Origin: the human T2T-CHM13v2.0 reference genome, Homo sapiens
Assembly (NCBI RefSeq): GCF_009914755.1
Contig: NC_060938.1
Reading direction: 5' to 3' (one strand)
DNA length: 64,000 nt
The position numbers were made by a program, and so were the translations under genes. The notes beneath the pieces were generated by a model. The model did no database searches and was not told the origin of the DNA. It saw only the letters and a program-made list of their open reading frames with translations. Of this stretch, positions 1 through 14,688 are shown piece after piece; position 1 is the stretch's first letter; every line of letters starts with the position of its first letter.

Positions 1-291
1 TTTACAGAAGAAAGAGGTTTAATGGACTCATAGTTCCACATGGCTGAGGCAGCCTCACAATCATGGTGGAAGGTGAAAGAAATCATTCACATGGAGGCAG
101 ACAAGAGAAGAGAGCTTGTGCAGGGAAACTTTCCCTTTTAAAATCATCAGATATCCTGAGACTTATTCACTACCCTGAGAACAGCACAGGAATGACCTGC
201 CCCTGTGATTCAATTACTTCCCACTGGGTCTCTCCCCAACACGTGAGAATTCACAATGAGATTTGGGTGGGGACACAGCCAAACCATATCA
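1..291 (-). mobile_element. THE1-family (MaLR) LTR, partial at window edge
   Basis: Reverse complement begins TGATATGGTTTGGCTGTGTCCCCACCCAAATCTCAT, the THE1 LTR start; the rest follows the THE1A/B-type layout. Confidence 0.92.
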
Positions 292-434
292 GACGGGTAC
301 AAACAAGCCCAGACTGTAAATATTATAATAAATACCTAAATTTTCAATGTCCAGACACTGAAAAACATCCAGAAGCATAAAGACCATCCAGGAAATCATT
401 ACCTCCCAAACAAACTAGATAAGGCACCACAGAC

Positions 435-570
435 CAATCCTGGAGAAACAGAGGTATGTGACCTCACAGCAAACTCAAATGGAAATTTTGAATTTGAATT
501 CTCTGTCTGTGAATTCAAATTTCTATTTGAATTCTCTGTGAGGTTACATACCTCTGTTTTTCCAGAATTG
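435..570. repeat. Imperfect inverted repeat, about 60-bp arms (435-494 and 512-570)
   Basis: By-eye alignment of the left arm with the reverse complement of the right arm gives about 52 of 60 matches. Confidence 0.85.
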
Positions 571-1069
571 ATAGCTCAAATATATTCAAGATAACATAGA
601 GGAAGGAATTTAGATTTCTTTCAGATAAATTTAACAAAGAGATTGAAATAATTAATAATCGAACAGAAATTATGGAGTTGAAAAATGTAATTGACTTACT
701 GAAGAATGCACAGACTGTTTTAATAGCAGAATTTATTAAGAAGAAGAAATAAATAGTGAAATTGAAGATAGATTATTTGAAAATAGAGTCAGAGGAAACA
801 AAAGAAAAAAGAATGAAAAACAAAGAATCACACCTACAAGATCTAAAAAAGAGCCTGAAAAGTTCAAATCTAAGAATGATTGGTCATAGAGGCAAAATAG
901 AGAAAGAGATAGAGGTAGAAGTTTTGTTTAAATTGATGATATAATAACAGAGAACCCCCAAAACATAAAGAGATTAATATCCAAGTCCATGAATATTATA
1001 GAACAGCAAGCAGATTTATCCCAAAAAAGACTACCTCTGGGTATTTAATAATCAAATCCCCAAAGATTA

Positions 1070-1510
<441 letters not shown>

Positions 1511-3835
1511 AAGTGTTGAAGGAAAAAAAAAATACCCTGGAACATTATATCTGGTAAAAATGTCCTTCAAACATGAAGGAGAAATAAAGACTTTTCTAGA
1601 CAAACAAAAGCTGAGGGATTTCATCAATACCAGACCAGTCCTACAAGAAATGCTGAAGGGAATACTTAAATCAGAAGGAAAAGGACATTAATGAGCAATA
1701 AATAATCCTCTGAAGGTACAAAACTTACTGGTAATAGTAAGTACACTAAAAAACACAGATATTATAACACTGTAACTGTGGTATGTAACACACTCTCATC
1801 TTAAGTAGACAGACTAAGAGATCTACCAAACAAAGATAGTAACTGAAACTTTTTAAGACATAGACAGTACAATAAGTTATACATGAAAACAATAAAAAGT
1901 TAAAAGTTGGGGGGATGAAGTTAAGGTATAGAGTTTATATTGGTTTTCTTTTTGTTTGTTCATGCAAACAGTGTTATCAGCTTAAAATAATTGGTTTTAA
2001 GGTAGTATTTACAAGCTTCATAGTAACCTCAAGTCAAAACACAGAATGGAAACACAAAAATGGGAAACAAGAAATTAAATCATACCAACGGATACAATCA
2101 CCTTTAGTAAAAGAAGACAGGAACAAAGGAAATAAAAAATAGAAGATAATGAAACAACCAGAAAACAAACAGCAAAATGGTAGTAATTAATCCATACTTA
2201 TGAATGACAACATTGAATGTATATGGACTAAACTCTTCAATCAATAGACATAGAGTGATTGAATAGATAAAAAGCAACCAATGTTCTGTTGCTTATAAGA
2301 AACACACTTTTTTCTATAAAGACACACATAGACTGAAAATAACAAGATGGAAAAAGATATTCTATGCCAATAAAAAACAGAAAATAGCATGAGCAGCTAA
2401 AATAATAGATTTCAAGAAAAAACTGTAAGAGACAAAAAGGTCACTATATAATGATAAAGTGGTCAATTCAGCATGAAGATAAAATAATTTTAAATATATA
2501 TGAACTCAACACTGGAGCACTCAGATAAATAAAACAAATATTATTGGTATTAAAGGGAGAAATGGACCCCAATACAATAATAGCTGGAGAATTTAATACC
2601 ACAATTTCAGCATTGTACAGATCTTCCAGGCAAAGAATCAACAAAAAACCTCAGACATATGCAGCACTATAAACCAAATTGACCTAGCAGATATTTACAA
2701 AACATTCCATGCCAATGCTGCAGAATACACATTGTTATATTAGCACATTGATAATTCTCAAGGAGAGACAATATGTCAGGTCACAAAACAAATTGTAAAA
2801 CATTCAAAATAATTGAAATAATATCATGCATCTTCTCTGACCACAGTGGAATAAAACTAGAAATCAATAATAAAAGGAGTTATGGAAACTACACAAACAC
2901 ATGGAAATGAAACAATATCCTGAATGAACAGTGGGTCAGTAAAGAAATTTAGAAGAAAATTGTAAACTTCTTAAAACAAGTGAAAATGGAAACACAACAT
3001 AACAAAGCCTATGGGATATAGCAAAGCAGTACTAATTTGAAAGTTTGTATCTGTAAGTGCCTATATAAAAAAAAGAGAGAGAGAGAAACACTTCAAATAA
3101 ACTACTTAAAAATACATATGAATGAAATAGAAAAGCAAAAGCAAACCAAACCCAAATTTAGTAGAAGAAAAGGAATAAGGATCAGAGCAGAAATAAATGA
3201 ATTTGAAATAAAGAAATACCAATGATTAATGAAACAAAAGTTGATTGCTGAAAAGATAAACAAAATGGACAAATCTTTAGCCAGAATAAAAAATGAAAAA
3301 AGAAGACCAAAATAAAATCAGAGATGAAAAAGGAGACATTATCACTAATACTGCAGAAATTTAAGGGGACATTAGAGGCTACTACAAGCAACTATTTTCC
3401 AATAAATTGGAAAATCTAGAAGTGAATAAATTCTTAGACACATAAAATCTACCAAGATTGAACCATAGAGAAATCCAATAACAAATAACAAGATAACAAG
3501 ATTCAAGTTGTAATAAAAATCTCCCAGCAAAGAAAAGCCTGGGAACCAATGGGGTCACTTCTGAATTTTACCAAATTTGTAAAGAAGAAATAAAATCAAT
3601 CCTATTCAAACTCTTCTAAAAAGTAGAAGAGAAGTAATCAGTTCCAACCTCATTATATGAGGCCAGTTACCCTGATACCAACACCAGACAAAGGCACATC
3701 AAAAAAGAAAAAAAAACTATAGACCAATATAACTGAAGAATATTGATGCAACAATTGTCAGCAAAATACTAACAAGCTGAATTCTACAACATATTATAAA
3801 GATCATTCATCATGACCAAACAGGATTTATCCCAG

Positions 3836-6070
3836 TGATATGGTCAGGTTGTGTCCCCACTTGAATCTCATCATGAACTGTAGTTCCCATAATCCCATGT
3901 GTCATGAAAAAGACTCAGTGGGAGGTAATTAAATCATGGGGGTGGTTACCTGAATGCTGTTCTCATGATAGTGAGTGAGTTCTCATGAGATATGATGGTT
4001 TTATAAGGGGCTTTTCCCCTTTTGTTTGGCCCTTCTTCTTGCTGCTGCCAGGTAAAGAAGGACATGTTTGCTTCTCCTACCACCATGATTGTAAGTTTTC
4101 TGAGGCCTCCCCAGCCCTGTACAACTGTGAGTCAAACCTTGTTCCTTTATAAATTACCCAGTCTCAGGTATTTCTTCATAGCAGTGTGAGAACGAACTAA
4201 TACAATAAATTAATACTGCAGAGAGTGGGGTGCTGCTCTAAAGATACCCGAAAATGTGGAAGCAACTTTGGGACAGGGTAACAGGGAGAGGTTGGAACAG
4301 TTTGGAGGGCTCATAAGAAGACAGGAAGATCTGGGGAAGTTTGAGCCTTCCTGGAGACTTGCTGAATGGCTTTGACCAAAATGCTGATAGTGATATGGAC
4401 AATGAAATCTAGGCTGAGATGGTCTCAGATGGAGATGAGGAACTTGGTAGCAATTGGAGTAAAAGTGATTTTTGCTGTGCTTTACCCCTGCCCTAGAGAT
4501 CTGTGGAACTTTTAACTTAAGAGAGATGATTTAGGGTATCTGGCAGAATAAATTTCTAAGTGGCAAAGGGTTTAAGAGGAACCAGAGCACAAAAGTTTGG
4601 GAAAGTGGCAGCCCGACAATGCGATAAAAAAGAAAAACCCATTTTCTGAGGAGAAATTCAAGCCTGCTACAGAAATTTGCATAAGTAACGAGGAGCTTTC
4701 CAAGACAATGTGTCTCCAGGGCATGTTGAAGACTTTCACAGCAGCCCCTCACATCACAGGCCCAGAGACCCAAGAGGAAAAAATGGTTTTGTGGGTCAGG
4801 CCCAATGGCCCCCCTGCTATGTGCAGCCTAGTGACTTGGTGCCCTGTGTCCCAGCTACTCCAGCCATGGCTAAAGGGGCCAAGTTTCAGCTCGGGTCGTG
4901 GCTTCAGAGGGTGCAAGCCCCAAGCCTTGGCAGCTTCCAAGTGTTGTTTAGCCTGCAGTTGCACATAAGTCAAGAATTGAGGTTTTGGAACCTCTGCCTA
5001 GATTTCAGAGGTTGTATGGAATTGCCTGGATATCAAGGCAGAAGTTTGCTGCAGGGTTGCAGCCCTCATGGAGAACCTCTGCTGGGGCAGTGTGAAAGGG
5101 AACTGTGAGGTTGGAGCCCCCACACAGATTCCCCACTGGGGCACTGCCTAATGGAGGTATGAGAAGAGGGCCACCGTCCTCCAGACCCCAGAATGGTAGA
5201 AACACTGATAGCTTGCACTATGTACCTGGAAAAGCCGCAGACACCCAACACCAGCTCATGAAAGAAGCCAGGGGGGTGGGTGTACTCTGCAAACCCACTG
5301 GGGCGGAGCTGCCCAAGACCATGGGAACCCATGTCTTGCATCAGCATGACCTGGATGTGAGACATGGAGTCAAAGGAGATTGTTTTTGAACTTTAAGGTT
5401 TAATGACTGCTCTGTTGAATTTCGGACTTGCATTGGGCCTATTGCCCTTTTGTTTTGGCCAATTTCTCCCATTTGGAACAGATGTATTGACCCAATGCCT
5501 GTACCTCCATTGTTTCTAGGAAGTAACTAATTTGCTTTATATTCTACAGGCTCGTAGGTGGAAGGGACTTATCTTGTCTCAGATAAGACTTTGTACTTAG
5601 ACTTTTGGGTTAATGTTGGAATGAATTAAGACTTTGAGGGACTATTGGGAAGGCATGATTTTGTTTTGAAATGTGAGGACATGAGATTTGGAAGAGGCCA
5701 GTGGCAGAATAATATGGTTTGGCTGTGTCTCCACTCAAATCTCATCTTGAATTGTAGTTCCTATAATCCCCATGTGTTGTGGGAGGGACCCAGTGGGAGG
5801 TAATTGAGCTATGGGGGTGGTTACTCCCATGCTGCTGTTCCTGAGATAATGAGTGAGTTCTCATGATATCTGATGGTTTTATAAGGAACTTTTCATCTTT
5901 TGCTTGGCACGTCTCCTTGTTGCCAATGTTTGGTTCCCCTTCTGCCATGATTGTAAGTTTCCTGAGGCCTCCTCAGCCCTGCAGAACCATGAATCAATAA
6001 AACCTCTTTCCTTTATAAATTCCCCAGTCTCAGGTATTTCATCATAGCAGTGTAAGAACAGACTAATATT
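3836..6070 (+). mobile_element. Full-length THE1C-like MaLR provirus (5'LTR 3836-4204, internal 4205-5709, 3'LTR 5710-6070)
   Basis: Two similar LTRs flank a THE1 internal region; exact 5-bp TSD CCCAG (3831-3835 and 6071-6075); host L1 ORF2 resumes after it. Confidence 0.93.
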
Positions 6071-6449
6071 CCCAGTGTTGCCAGATGGTTTAATATACAC
6101 AAATCAATCAATGTGGTACATTATATCAACAGAATTAAGGGCAAAAACCATATAATAATTTCAACTGCTGCTGAAAAAGCATTTTATAAGCTTCAACATC
6201 CCTTCATAATAAAAACTCAAAATATTGCATATAGAAGAAGCATATCTCAACATGGTAAAAGCCATATATGGCAGACCCATAGCTATTATCATACTGAATG
6301 GGGAAAAAATGAAAACTCTTTCCTCTAGGACCTGGAAGAAGATAAGGGTACCCACTTTCACTACTGTTATTCAACATAGTACTGAAAGTCCTAGTTAGAG
6401 CAATCAGACAAGAAAATAAAATAAAGGCATCTAAATTGGAAAGAAAGAA

Positions 6450-6962
6450 TGTAGGGGATCAGTCAAAGTGGTGGGAAAAATTATAAAGATAAAGTTATAG
6501 GAAATAGACACAAACTTTCTTGGAAGGCTGGGAGGTTTGTGTAGCTTTAGTGAAAGATTTGGCTGAAGGCAGCCTAATCCTCTTACCTTGAGTTAGTAGC
6601 TTAGAGTAGGTACAAAGGAATGCAAGGGAGTTATCTAAAGAGCTTGTTTACTCATCTGGTCCCAAGACTGACCTTTGATCATTCGCAGGCAGGACTGATC
6701 TCTCGGGGGGGGTGCGGGGGGGTGGCGGGGGGGTGGGTGGGCGACCAGATTGATTAATTACCCTCAGGTGGTTGACTCAAAGCCTTTGGCATTAAATCTG
6801 TGCTGAGTAAGTGACCATAGAGCCAACTAGTCAGGGTGTGTGGCTGCCAAAACTCTTTCTGTGAGTGGCCTGGCTCCCTGGCTTGCTCTTTTACTGAATA
6901 TTGGTGTCTGAGTATGTTATTCATCCATTGTGCATCCTGGGTCTGTAGGTCAGACCCTGGCA
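6450..6962 (+). mobile_element. Solo LTR22-family (HERV-K HML-5) LTR
   Basis: TG...CA termini, 513 bp, starts TGTAGGGGATCAGTCAAAGTGGTGGGAAAAA; degenerate 6-bp TSD; L1 collinear on both sides. Confidence 0.8.
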
Positions 6963-8894
6963 GAGGAAGTCAAATTATTCTTGTCTGTAAATGATATGAT
7001 TTTATATTTGGAAATTCCAAATGCTCCACTAAAAAGCTATTTGATAAATTCAGTAAAGTTGTAAGATACAAAATCAACATACAAAAATTAGTTGAATTTT
7101 TATATGCCAACAGCAAACAATCAGAAGAAGAAATCAGGAAAGTAATACCATTTACAATAGCCACAAATGAAATTAAGTACCTAGGAATTAAGTAAACCAA
7201 ACAAGTGAAAGATCTCTACAATGAAAACTATAAAACATTCATTCAACAATGAAGAGAACTCCAAAAAAGAAAGATATTCTTTTGTCACAGACTAGAAGAA
7301 TCAATATTGTTAAAATGTCAATACTATTCAAAGAAATATAAAGATTTAATACAATTCCTATCAAAATAAGAATGACATCCTTCACAGAAATAGAAAAAGA
7401 AACCCAAAATTTATATGGAACTACAAAAGACCCCACATAGCCAAAGTTATCCTAAGCAAAAAGAACAAAAGTGAAGGAATCACATAATCTTACTTCAAAT
7501 TATACAACAAAGCTGGAGAAACCACAATGGCATCATACTGGTATAAAAACAGACCCAGACCCATGGAACAGAGTAGAGAGCCCCAATACAAATCCGTATA
7601 TCTACAGTGAACTAATTTTCAACAAAGATGCCAAGAACATAACATTGGGAAAAGGACAGTCTCTTCAATAAATAGTACTGAAAAAACTGGAACTCTATAT
7701 GCAGAAGCACAAAACTAGACCTCTATCTATCTCTTGCCATGTACAAAAATCAAATCAAAATAAATTGAAAACTTAAATCTAAGACCTCAAACTATGAAAC
7801 TACTGAAAGAAAAATTTGGGAAAACTCTCTGGGACATTGGACTGGGCAAAGATTTATTGAGTATACCCCACAAGTTCAGGCAAAAAAAGCAAATATGACT
7901 GAATGGGATCACATCTAAAGTTTCTGCACAGCAGAGGAAACAATCAACAAAGTGAAGAGAAAATCCACAGAATAGAATATTTGCACACTACCCATCTAAC
8001 AAGGGATTAAAAAATAGAATATATAAGCAGCTCAAATGACTTGTGAAGATACAATCTAATACTCTGATTTTTAAAATTGGCGAAACATCTGAATAGACAT
8101 TTCTCAAAAGAAAACATACAAATGGCAAACAAGTATATGCAGAGCTGCTCACTATTACTTATTATCAAAGACATGCAAATTAAAACTACAATGAGATATC
8201 ATTGCACTGTAGTTATAATGGCTTTTTTCAAATACAAGCAACAATACATGCTGACAAGGATGTGGAGAAAGGGGAATACTGGTACACTGTTAGTGGGAAT
8301 GTAAATCAGTACAAGCATTATAGAGAACAGTTTGGAAGCTCCTCAAAAAACTAAAAATAGAGCTACTATATAATCTACCAATCTCACTGCTTGGTATATA
8401 ACCAAAAGAAATCAGTATATCAAAGGCATATCTGCACTCGCATGTTTGTTGCAGCTCTGCTCCCAATAGCCAGGATTTGGAAGCAACCTGTGTCCATCAA
8501 CAGATGAATGCATAAAGAAAATGTACATATACGCAATGGAGTACTATTCAGCCTTAAAAAAATAACAAGATCTTGTCCTTTGCAAGAACATGGATGGAAC
8601 TGGAAGTCATTATGTTAAGTGAAATAAGCCAGGTACAGAAAGACAAACTAATCTTACTTATTTGTGGTAGCTAAAATTTAAAACGAGTGAACTAATGGAG
8701 AAATAGTTCACTTGTATGCCTGTATCAAAATATCTCCTATAACCCATAAATACATACATACATCTGCTCTGTATCCACAAAATGTAGAAATTAAAAATTA
8801 AAAAAATATAGTCTGATAAAATAAATTTCTTCTGCAAATCAAGGACATTCTCAGATAAAATGCATAAAATTGGCTTTTTTTTTTTTAAAAAGGC

Positions 8895-9115
8895 AATTGC
8901 ATAGCAGTCAATAATACAACAGTATGATAACTGCTAATGCAGTTCAGCACCAATGCCTTGATTTTTGCTAAGGTATTAGCAGTTTTACACACCATTACCT
9001 TTGTCCCATCAGTCAACATACTGAAGAAGGCAAATGGTATCTTAGTATCATAATGAAAATAGTTTTGACTTTGTAACACCCCTGAAAGATTATCAGGAGT
9101 CATATTGATCCATGT
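8895..9115. mobile_element. Charlie1-like hAT DNA transposon terminal fragment
   Basis: Matches the recalled Charlie1 end (ttgatttttgctaagg...cagttttac...atgaaaatagttttgac...cccctgaaag). Confidence 0.7.
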
Positions 9116-9124
9116 ATTATTTCT

Positions 9125-9540
9125 TTTGGTTTAGGGGTAAGCATGTTACCCAGTTATAACCAATGAGATACAAAGGGTAGTTTACGGAAAGGCCTCTGCA
9201 AGAGTTACCTACCTCTTAGGTAGACAGAACAGAAACACATTTCTTTTCTCCCAGAAGATATTTTTTGGACTTTATGCTCAGAATAGCCTCAACCAACCTG
9301 AAACTTTGATGTTACTAAGGCCAAAGGAAAAGCTGGCACCAAGGAAATGGCAAAGTTAAAAAAAAAAAAAGAATAACAAGAAAAAAAGAAACTGGATTAT
9401 TAATGATGTTATTGAAATATGTCTGAATGAACTAACCATAAGGCCTGCGAACCACCACCTATTATTATATGAAATAACAAGTAGCCTTATTATTTAAATA
9501 CATTAGAGTTGGGGTTTCTGTTATATTTAGTAAAAGACAT
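9125..9540 (+). mobile_element. Ancient ERVL/MaLR LTR remnant (MLT1/LTR16-like)
   Basis: Motifs ccaatgagat and gagttggggtttctgtta are typical of old ERVL-MaLR LTRs; highly diverged. Confidence 0.45.
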
Positions 9541-10634
9541 TGTGATGGATAAGCTTCATCTTCAGTTTACCAAAAAATGAGAAAACAATAATTACGTGGC
9601 TATGAGAGCAATTCTCCCTGGGTTATTCATTATACAAAGAACTTACTCTCTCAGGAAAATCTCCATGATTAAAAGTGGGAAATTATATCAGATTGCTACT
9701 GAAGCAAGGTATACTTGATACTGGAAGACTGCTCAGACTCCTCAACTTACTTAAAACTAGAGCAAGGATTATTTCCATATTACTGGGTGGAACTGAATAG
9801 GAACAAGCTAAGACATTTCAACTTGCAAAATTATTAGGTATAAAGGTAGAGAAACACAAAATTTTCACAGAATTACTGGATCAACAAATGTAACCAATGT
9901 ATTAGATGTTTAGAAACTGGGAGCATTCATTTACCAACTTCTATCTATATCTAAGAGACTGAGATTATGCTAGAACATGCATGTTGTGAACAAAATAAAA
10001 TGTCTTCTGAACAAATTAGGTAACATCTGTTATGAAATTTCTCTGTGGAACAACATCAATTTTAATTTGAGTAATACACATTTCACTCACTCTAGCCTGG
10101 AGGTAAAGTACTTTAATGAAACTTGTCAAATGAATTGATGACCAACATAAGACAAGGAACAAAGCCTAAACCGTGATAAGCCTTTGGTCTGCACAGGGGA
10201 AAGTTACTCAAATGCCAGCATTTATAGTAAGTGCTGAAATTATTTTAAAGAAGCACATTATGTACCACTTAAAATGGAAAAAATACGTATGTTTTCTTCC
10301 TTAAACCATGTTTTCATTGTAAAAATAACATGCACACATGCACATAATAAAGATAATTATGTAAAAAAAATGTAAAATATCCATAATCAAACTACCAAAA
10401 CATAATTCTGAAACTTTTCCTATATTCTCATTTGGTATTTTCTTTAGCAGTTTTTTTACATAAAGTCATACCATTGTGTGTAAAATGTATATTTTATCTC
10501 TTCCACATTATAGTATTTAACTCAATAAAATAAAGTTCAATTAATGAACTAAAATTCATTCAATGAATGTTGTTTAGGTTATTTAGTCACTCACATCTTG
10601 CTAAATATAAAAATTGTTTTCAATTATTTACTGC

Positions 10635-11267
10635 TGATAATGTCAGGAGGCAGCCAAATGCCTAGGCAGATAGGGGTGGGTCCCTGCTGAAACCCCACCT
10701 CCAAGCCTAAGACAGTTTAAAGCCTGAAAGCCAAGCTACAAGTTAAATCCTCAGACTGGATTGAGAACTTTTCTGGTTTGGGCTTTTCTTTGATTGGACC
10801 CCACTTATGACCTATTTTACATATGCCTACCGTTTACTAAGTGGTTTTTCAACACTGTCAGGCCCAGCTTTGTGTGGTATATTCGCTTTAAACTTTTTTG
10901 CACACTCACAAACCAATCAGTCTGCATTCCCTACTCTGAGTTCATGAAAGGCCCTGGACCCAGCCACATGGGGGAACTTTCCTGCCTTCTGATAGGGGGA
11001 CCAATCCAGCATCCCCTATTTGCTGAAAGCTGTTTTCATCACTCAATAAAATTCTTCTCTGCCCTCCTCATCCTTCAATGTTTAGCATATCCTCATTCTT
11101 CTTGGTTGTGGTACAAGAGCTCAGGAACTGCTGAACATGGGTACAAGCTATAACAAAGGCGAGCTGGGGCAAGCTGGTGCATGCCAGCACGCCCAAGCAA
11201 GGCCCAGGTGGGGCGTTGCTGGCCGAAGGTCCCCAGCTTGCAAAGTGAGAAGAAAAATCCTACATCA
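10635..11267 (+). mobile_element. Solo ERV1 LTR (LTR27-like) inserted in an old L1ME fragment
   Basis: TGA...TCA termini, gcagccaaatgcctaggcagatagggg start motif, CCAAT box and AATAAA near 11045. Confidence 0.72.
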
Positions 11268-12262
11268 CGATGACACACAATACTGAGATGAAATTCTTTG
11301 TCATAGGTTTTATATTTAATAAACATGTAATGTGGCCATTTTATTACATTTTTTCAAAATATGATTAACAGATAAAATACTATGAAAAATATTATAGTTA
11401 TTTGTATATAAATTAAATGTATTTCAAATATTCTGTACCTATTTACACAGTAAATTTACAGTATGAGTGACCATGTTATTAGTTCCTCCTCACAGTAGCA
11501 TGATTTTAATATTTCATAATATAAATTAAATAGTTAATAACATAACTTTACCATCTTCTGTAATTTTCATAATAATCTAGACATCCATGTCTAATACAAG
11601 AGAATCCTTGGGCTATTCAAGGACCTAACAAATTACAGGATGTCATCTTATTTTATTTTCATGTTATCTAAATTTTAAATAAAGGGTGCAACCTGGTGAG
11701 GTAAATGAATTGAGGTATACAAATGTAAGTTTGGATCATTTTTTTAAAAATCTAAAATTTTGGCTTTTTGTTCATGAGACGTCTTTGTATTAATTTTTGT
11801 ATTTTTAAAGTATCACATTAAATATTATTTAATATTATTACTGAGTTTTTTGGCACTTCCTTAAGTTTTGTATCTAAAGAGAATGCCATGTTTGCCTCAT
11901 TCTAATTATTATTGCCTAAATACTGGACTGAAAGTATTTTGTATAAATGTTCTCAATTTAAAGAATTTAAACATTTTCTCTCAAATACATTAAACTTAAT
12001 TTTTAAGCTACTTTATTCCTAAGTGTAATCTTTATTTCATTGTACTTTTTGGCAGGATTGAATAATGCAATACAGCCTCAGTCATTTAGAGAGGCTATAG
12101 TCATGTTGGTATAAAGCACTTTATAATTTATGATGTGTAATGGAACACAAAGAGTAGATGCTATTTATAACAATGTGACAAGGCAGACTATCTTAATTTT
12201 GAGAAAATTTTTAAAAATAAGCATCAACTAGATCACAAAACTACAAAGAACGTATGTGTAAA

Positions 12263-12455
12263 CTGTGCAGTCTAATAGATCTTTCTGCAATGGCCAAAAT
12301 GTTCTATATGTATGCTGTTTGATATGGAAACCACTAGCCAATGTGGCTATTGAACACTTGTAATGGGGAACTCAGTTTTACATTTCTTTGTGTTTTTATT
12401 AAATTTAAGCTTAAATAGCTCCATATGTCTAGTGACTACTGTAATAGATAGTAGA
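12263..12455 (+). mobile_element. MER3 (hAT-Charlie MITE)
   Basis: Matches the MER3 core ccactagcca...tgtggctattga.cacttg and the tagct.catatgt.tagtg end. Confidence 0.75.
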
Positions 12456-14688
12456 TATAGATCCTGTGCCATGTCTTAAAGGTCCTACTATAATATAAAC
12501 TGCTTATATACTTTCATTTGATCTCAAATGTTACTTGATCCTACAGATTATTTTCTAAACACATGTCTGCATCTCAGAAATAGAATCATAGATTTTATGT
12601 GATAGAATCATATATTTTACTCTTAAAAAGTAGGAAATTGAGAGCATGATGTGCAGTATTTGACAAACAAGTCCCATCAACCTTCTTTTCAACAAATGCT
12701 TTATGGCTTCTGAACATATTGCAAGTTGTTTCCGGTCTTGTGCATTTTGGGGCATATTTGCCTCTGTAGGATCCTCCTTAGAAGTGACAGAAAAAGAATT
12801 TTCTCTGTGTCAAAATGATAACCCTGAAACAGGCTAGCTGCAAACAAACAAAACAACGCCAGCTCCACACACCACTCCCCGCCCACCCCCACAAAAAAAA
12901 CCCAGCAGTGTGTAATTTGCATAGAATAAACAGTTCCCTAAAAGCCTGCCTTTGATATTCTGTCTGATAATTTTGTATTATCAGCTCAGTGTAAACTTCA
13001 TAAGCACCTGAGCTCTCTGTAATCACGGAGTGAAAACTGCTGTGATCACACTAAACACCTTGTTAGTTTTCATCCCAGAATATAATAGAAGAGCCCACAG
13101 GTACAAAAATGGAAGAACAGGCCTTAGGGGGAAATGTGGGGATTCTGTTGTCAGGCATATAATTGTATTTAACAGTGTTAACTAATGATATCAGACACTG
13201 ACAGTTAATTATGTGAAGTGATTTTAAGTAGCTTGGATTGAATAATTAGTTTCCTTAAATGATAAGCAACAACATTCAAAGCTATCTCTTTTGAATGTAA
13301 TTCAGAAAATTTAACATTCTAGTAACAAGTGCTATATTTACCTTATATAGATTTTTTTCACCTTAAATTGCTGTCATGCTTTTCTATCTAGATTAAAGTT
13401 TATGTGGTAAGAAAAATGACATGCTCTAGCCTCAACCCATTATCAATATTACCAAGTCTTCCAACATTTCTCTGAATCTTAAATCATGTATTTTCCTTCT
13501 ATATTGTTGTATAGCCCACACAATATGGATAGAGAAAAATATTTCTTTAATTTTCTCTTATAAGCCCACATACAACATTATAAAACTTGATATATTCTCA
13601 CAGGTCAGTAACAAGTGCAAGGATGAAAGAAGAAAATGGATATTTGATTCTCTAAAAGTGCATTTCTATGACCTGTGAAGTTAGAAGATTAAGTTGACAT
13701 TAACTACCTTTCTAGGTTAGTGTAAAATTATATATAATTTAGTAACAAGAATATTTCAAAAGCTCAGAACACAGTGTAGGCCATGGAGCCCACCTACCAA
13801 TAATAGGCATTTACAAACTGCTCAAGTTTTTGTTTTATGCCATTTATTTCAGACAAAAGAAACTACCTTAGCTGGTTTAAGAAAAAAATTGATTAAAGGG
13901 TATGAATAGTTCAAAGTCATTGGGATGGCTGAAGACTCTAAACTGATCTTCCAGGAACAACTCCATTAATCAGGCCACAGAACTAAAATGTTTCTGCTAC
14001 TCAGAAAACTCTGAATCAAATAGGTATCAATTGGTGTTGCAGGCTCCAGTAACATCTACCTCTACTTTAATCCAGAATCTACCATAACAGGAAACCACTA
14101 TTAGAGTGAAAAACCTAACACTACGTTGCCTTTGACACGATTCATATAGGCAAATGGATATCTTGTGTCCTGTCTCCTTCCTCACTCAGATCAGAATATG
14201 AGTGTTAACATGGTATATCTAGATAGTAAAAGCTAAGTTATAAGTCTCTGTGTTAAGAGGGAATTTAGACAATGTGATTACATAAGTTCTATGAGATCTT
14301 AGGTTCTTCATTAAAGTGGGACCCTTCGATTGGGGTAATGTGAGTTTTCCAAATTTGTTCTTTTTAAATATTCTGACTATACTTGATCTTTTGCCTTTCT
14401 ATACAAACTAAAGAACCAGTTTTCAAAATATGCAAAATTAGCTTTCTGAGACCTTGATAGAAATTGCCCTGACTCTATAGAAAAATTGGGAAGAATTTAC
14501 AACAATATTGAATCTTCTAATCCATGAACATGGAATATCTCTTCATTCTTTTAAGTTATATTTAATGTTTTTACCAATGTTTTATAGTTTCTTTGTAGAT
14601 ACAGCCCGTGCATATTTAGCTATATTTATACCTAAGTATTTTACTTTTATGCTATTGTTCATTCTTGATATGTAAGAAAACAAGTAAC

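Noticed and set aside
4531-5389. Dense overlapping ORFs
   Set aside because: THE1 internal sequence; fragmented frames of a degenerate MaLR.
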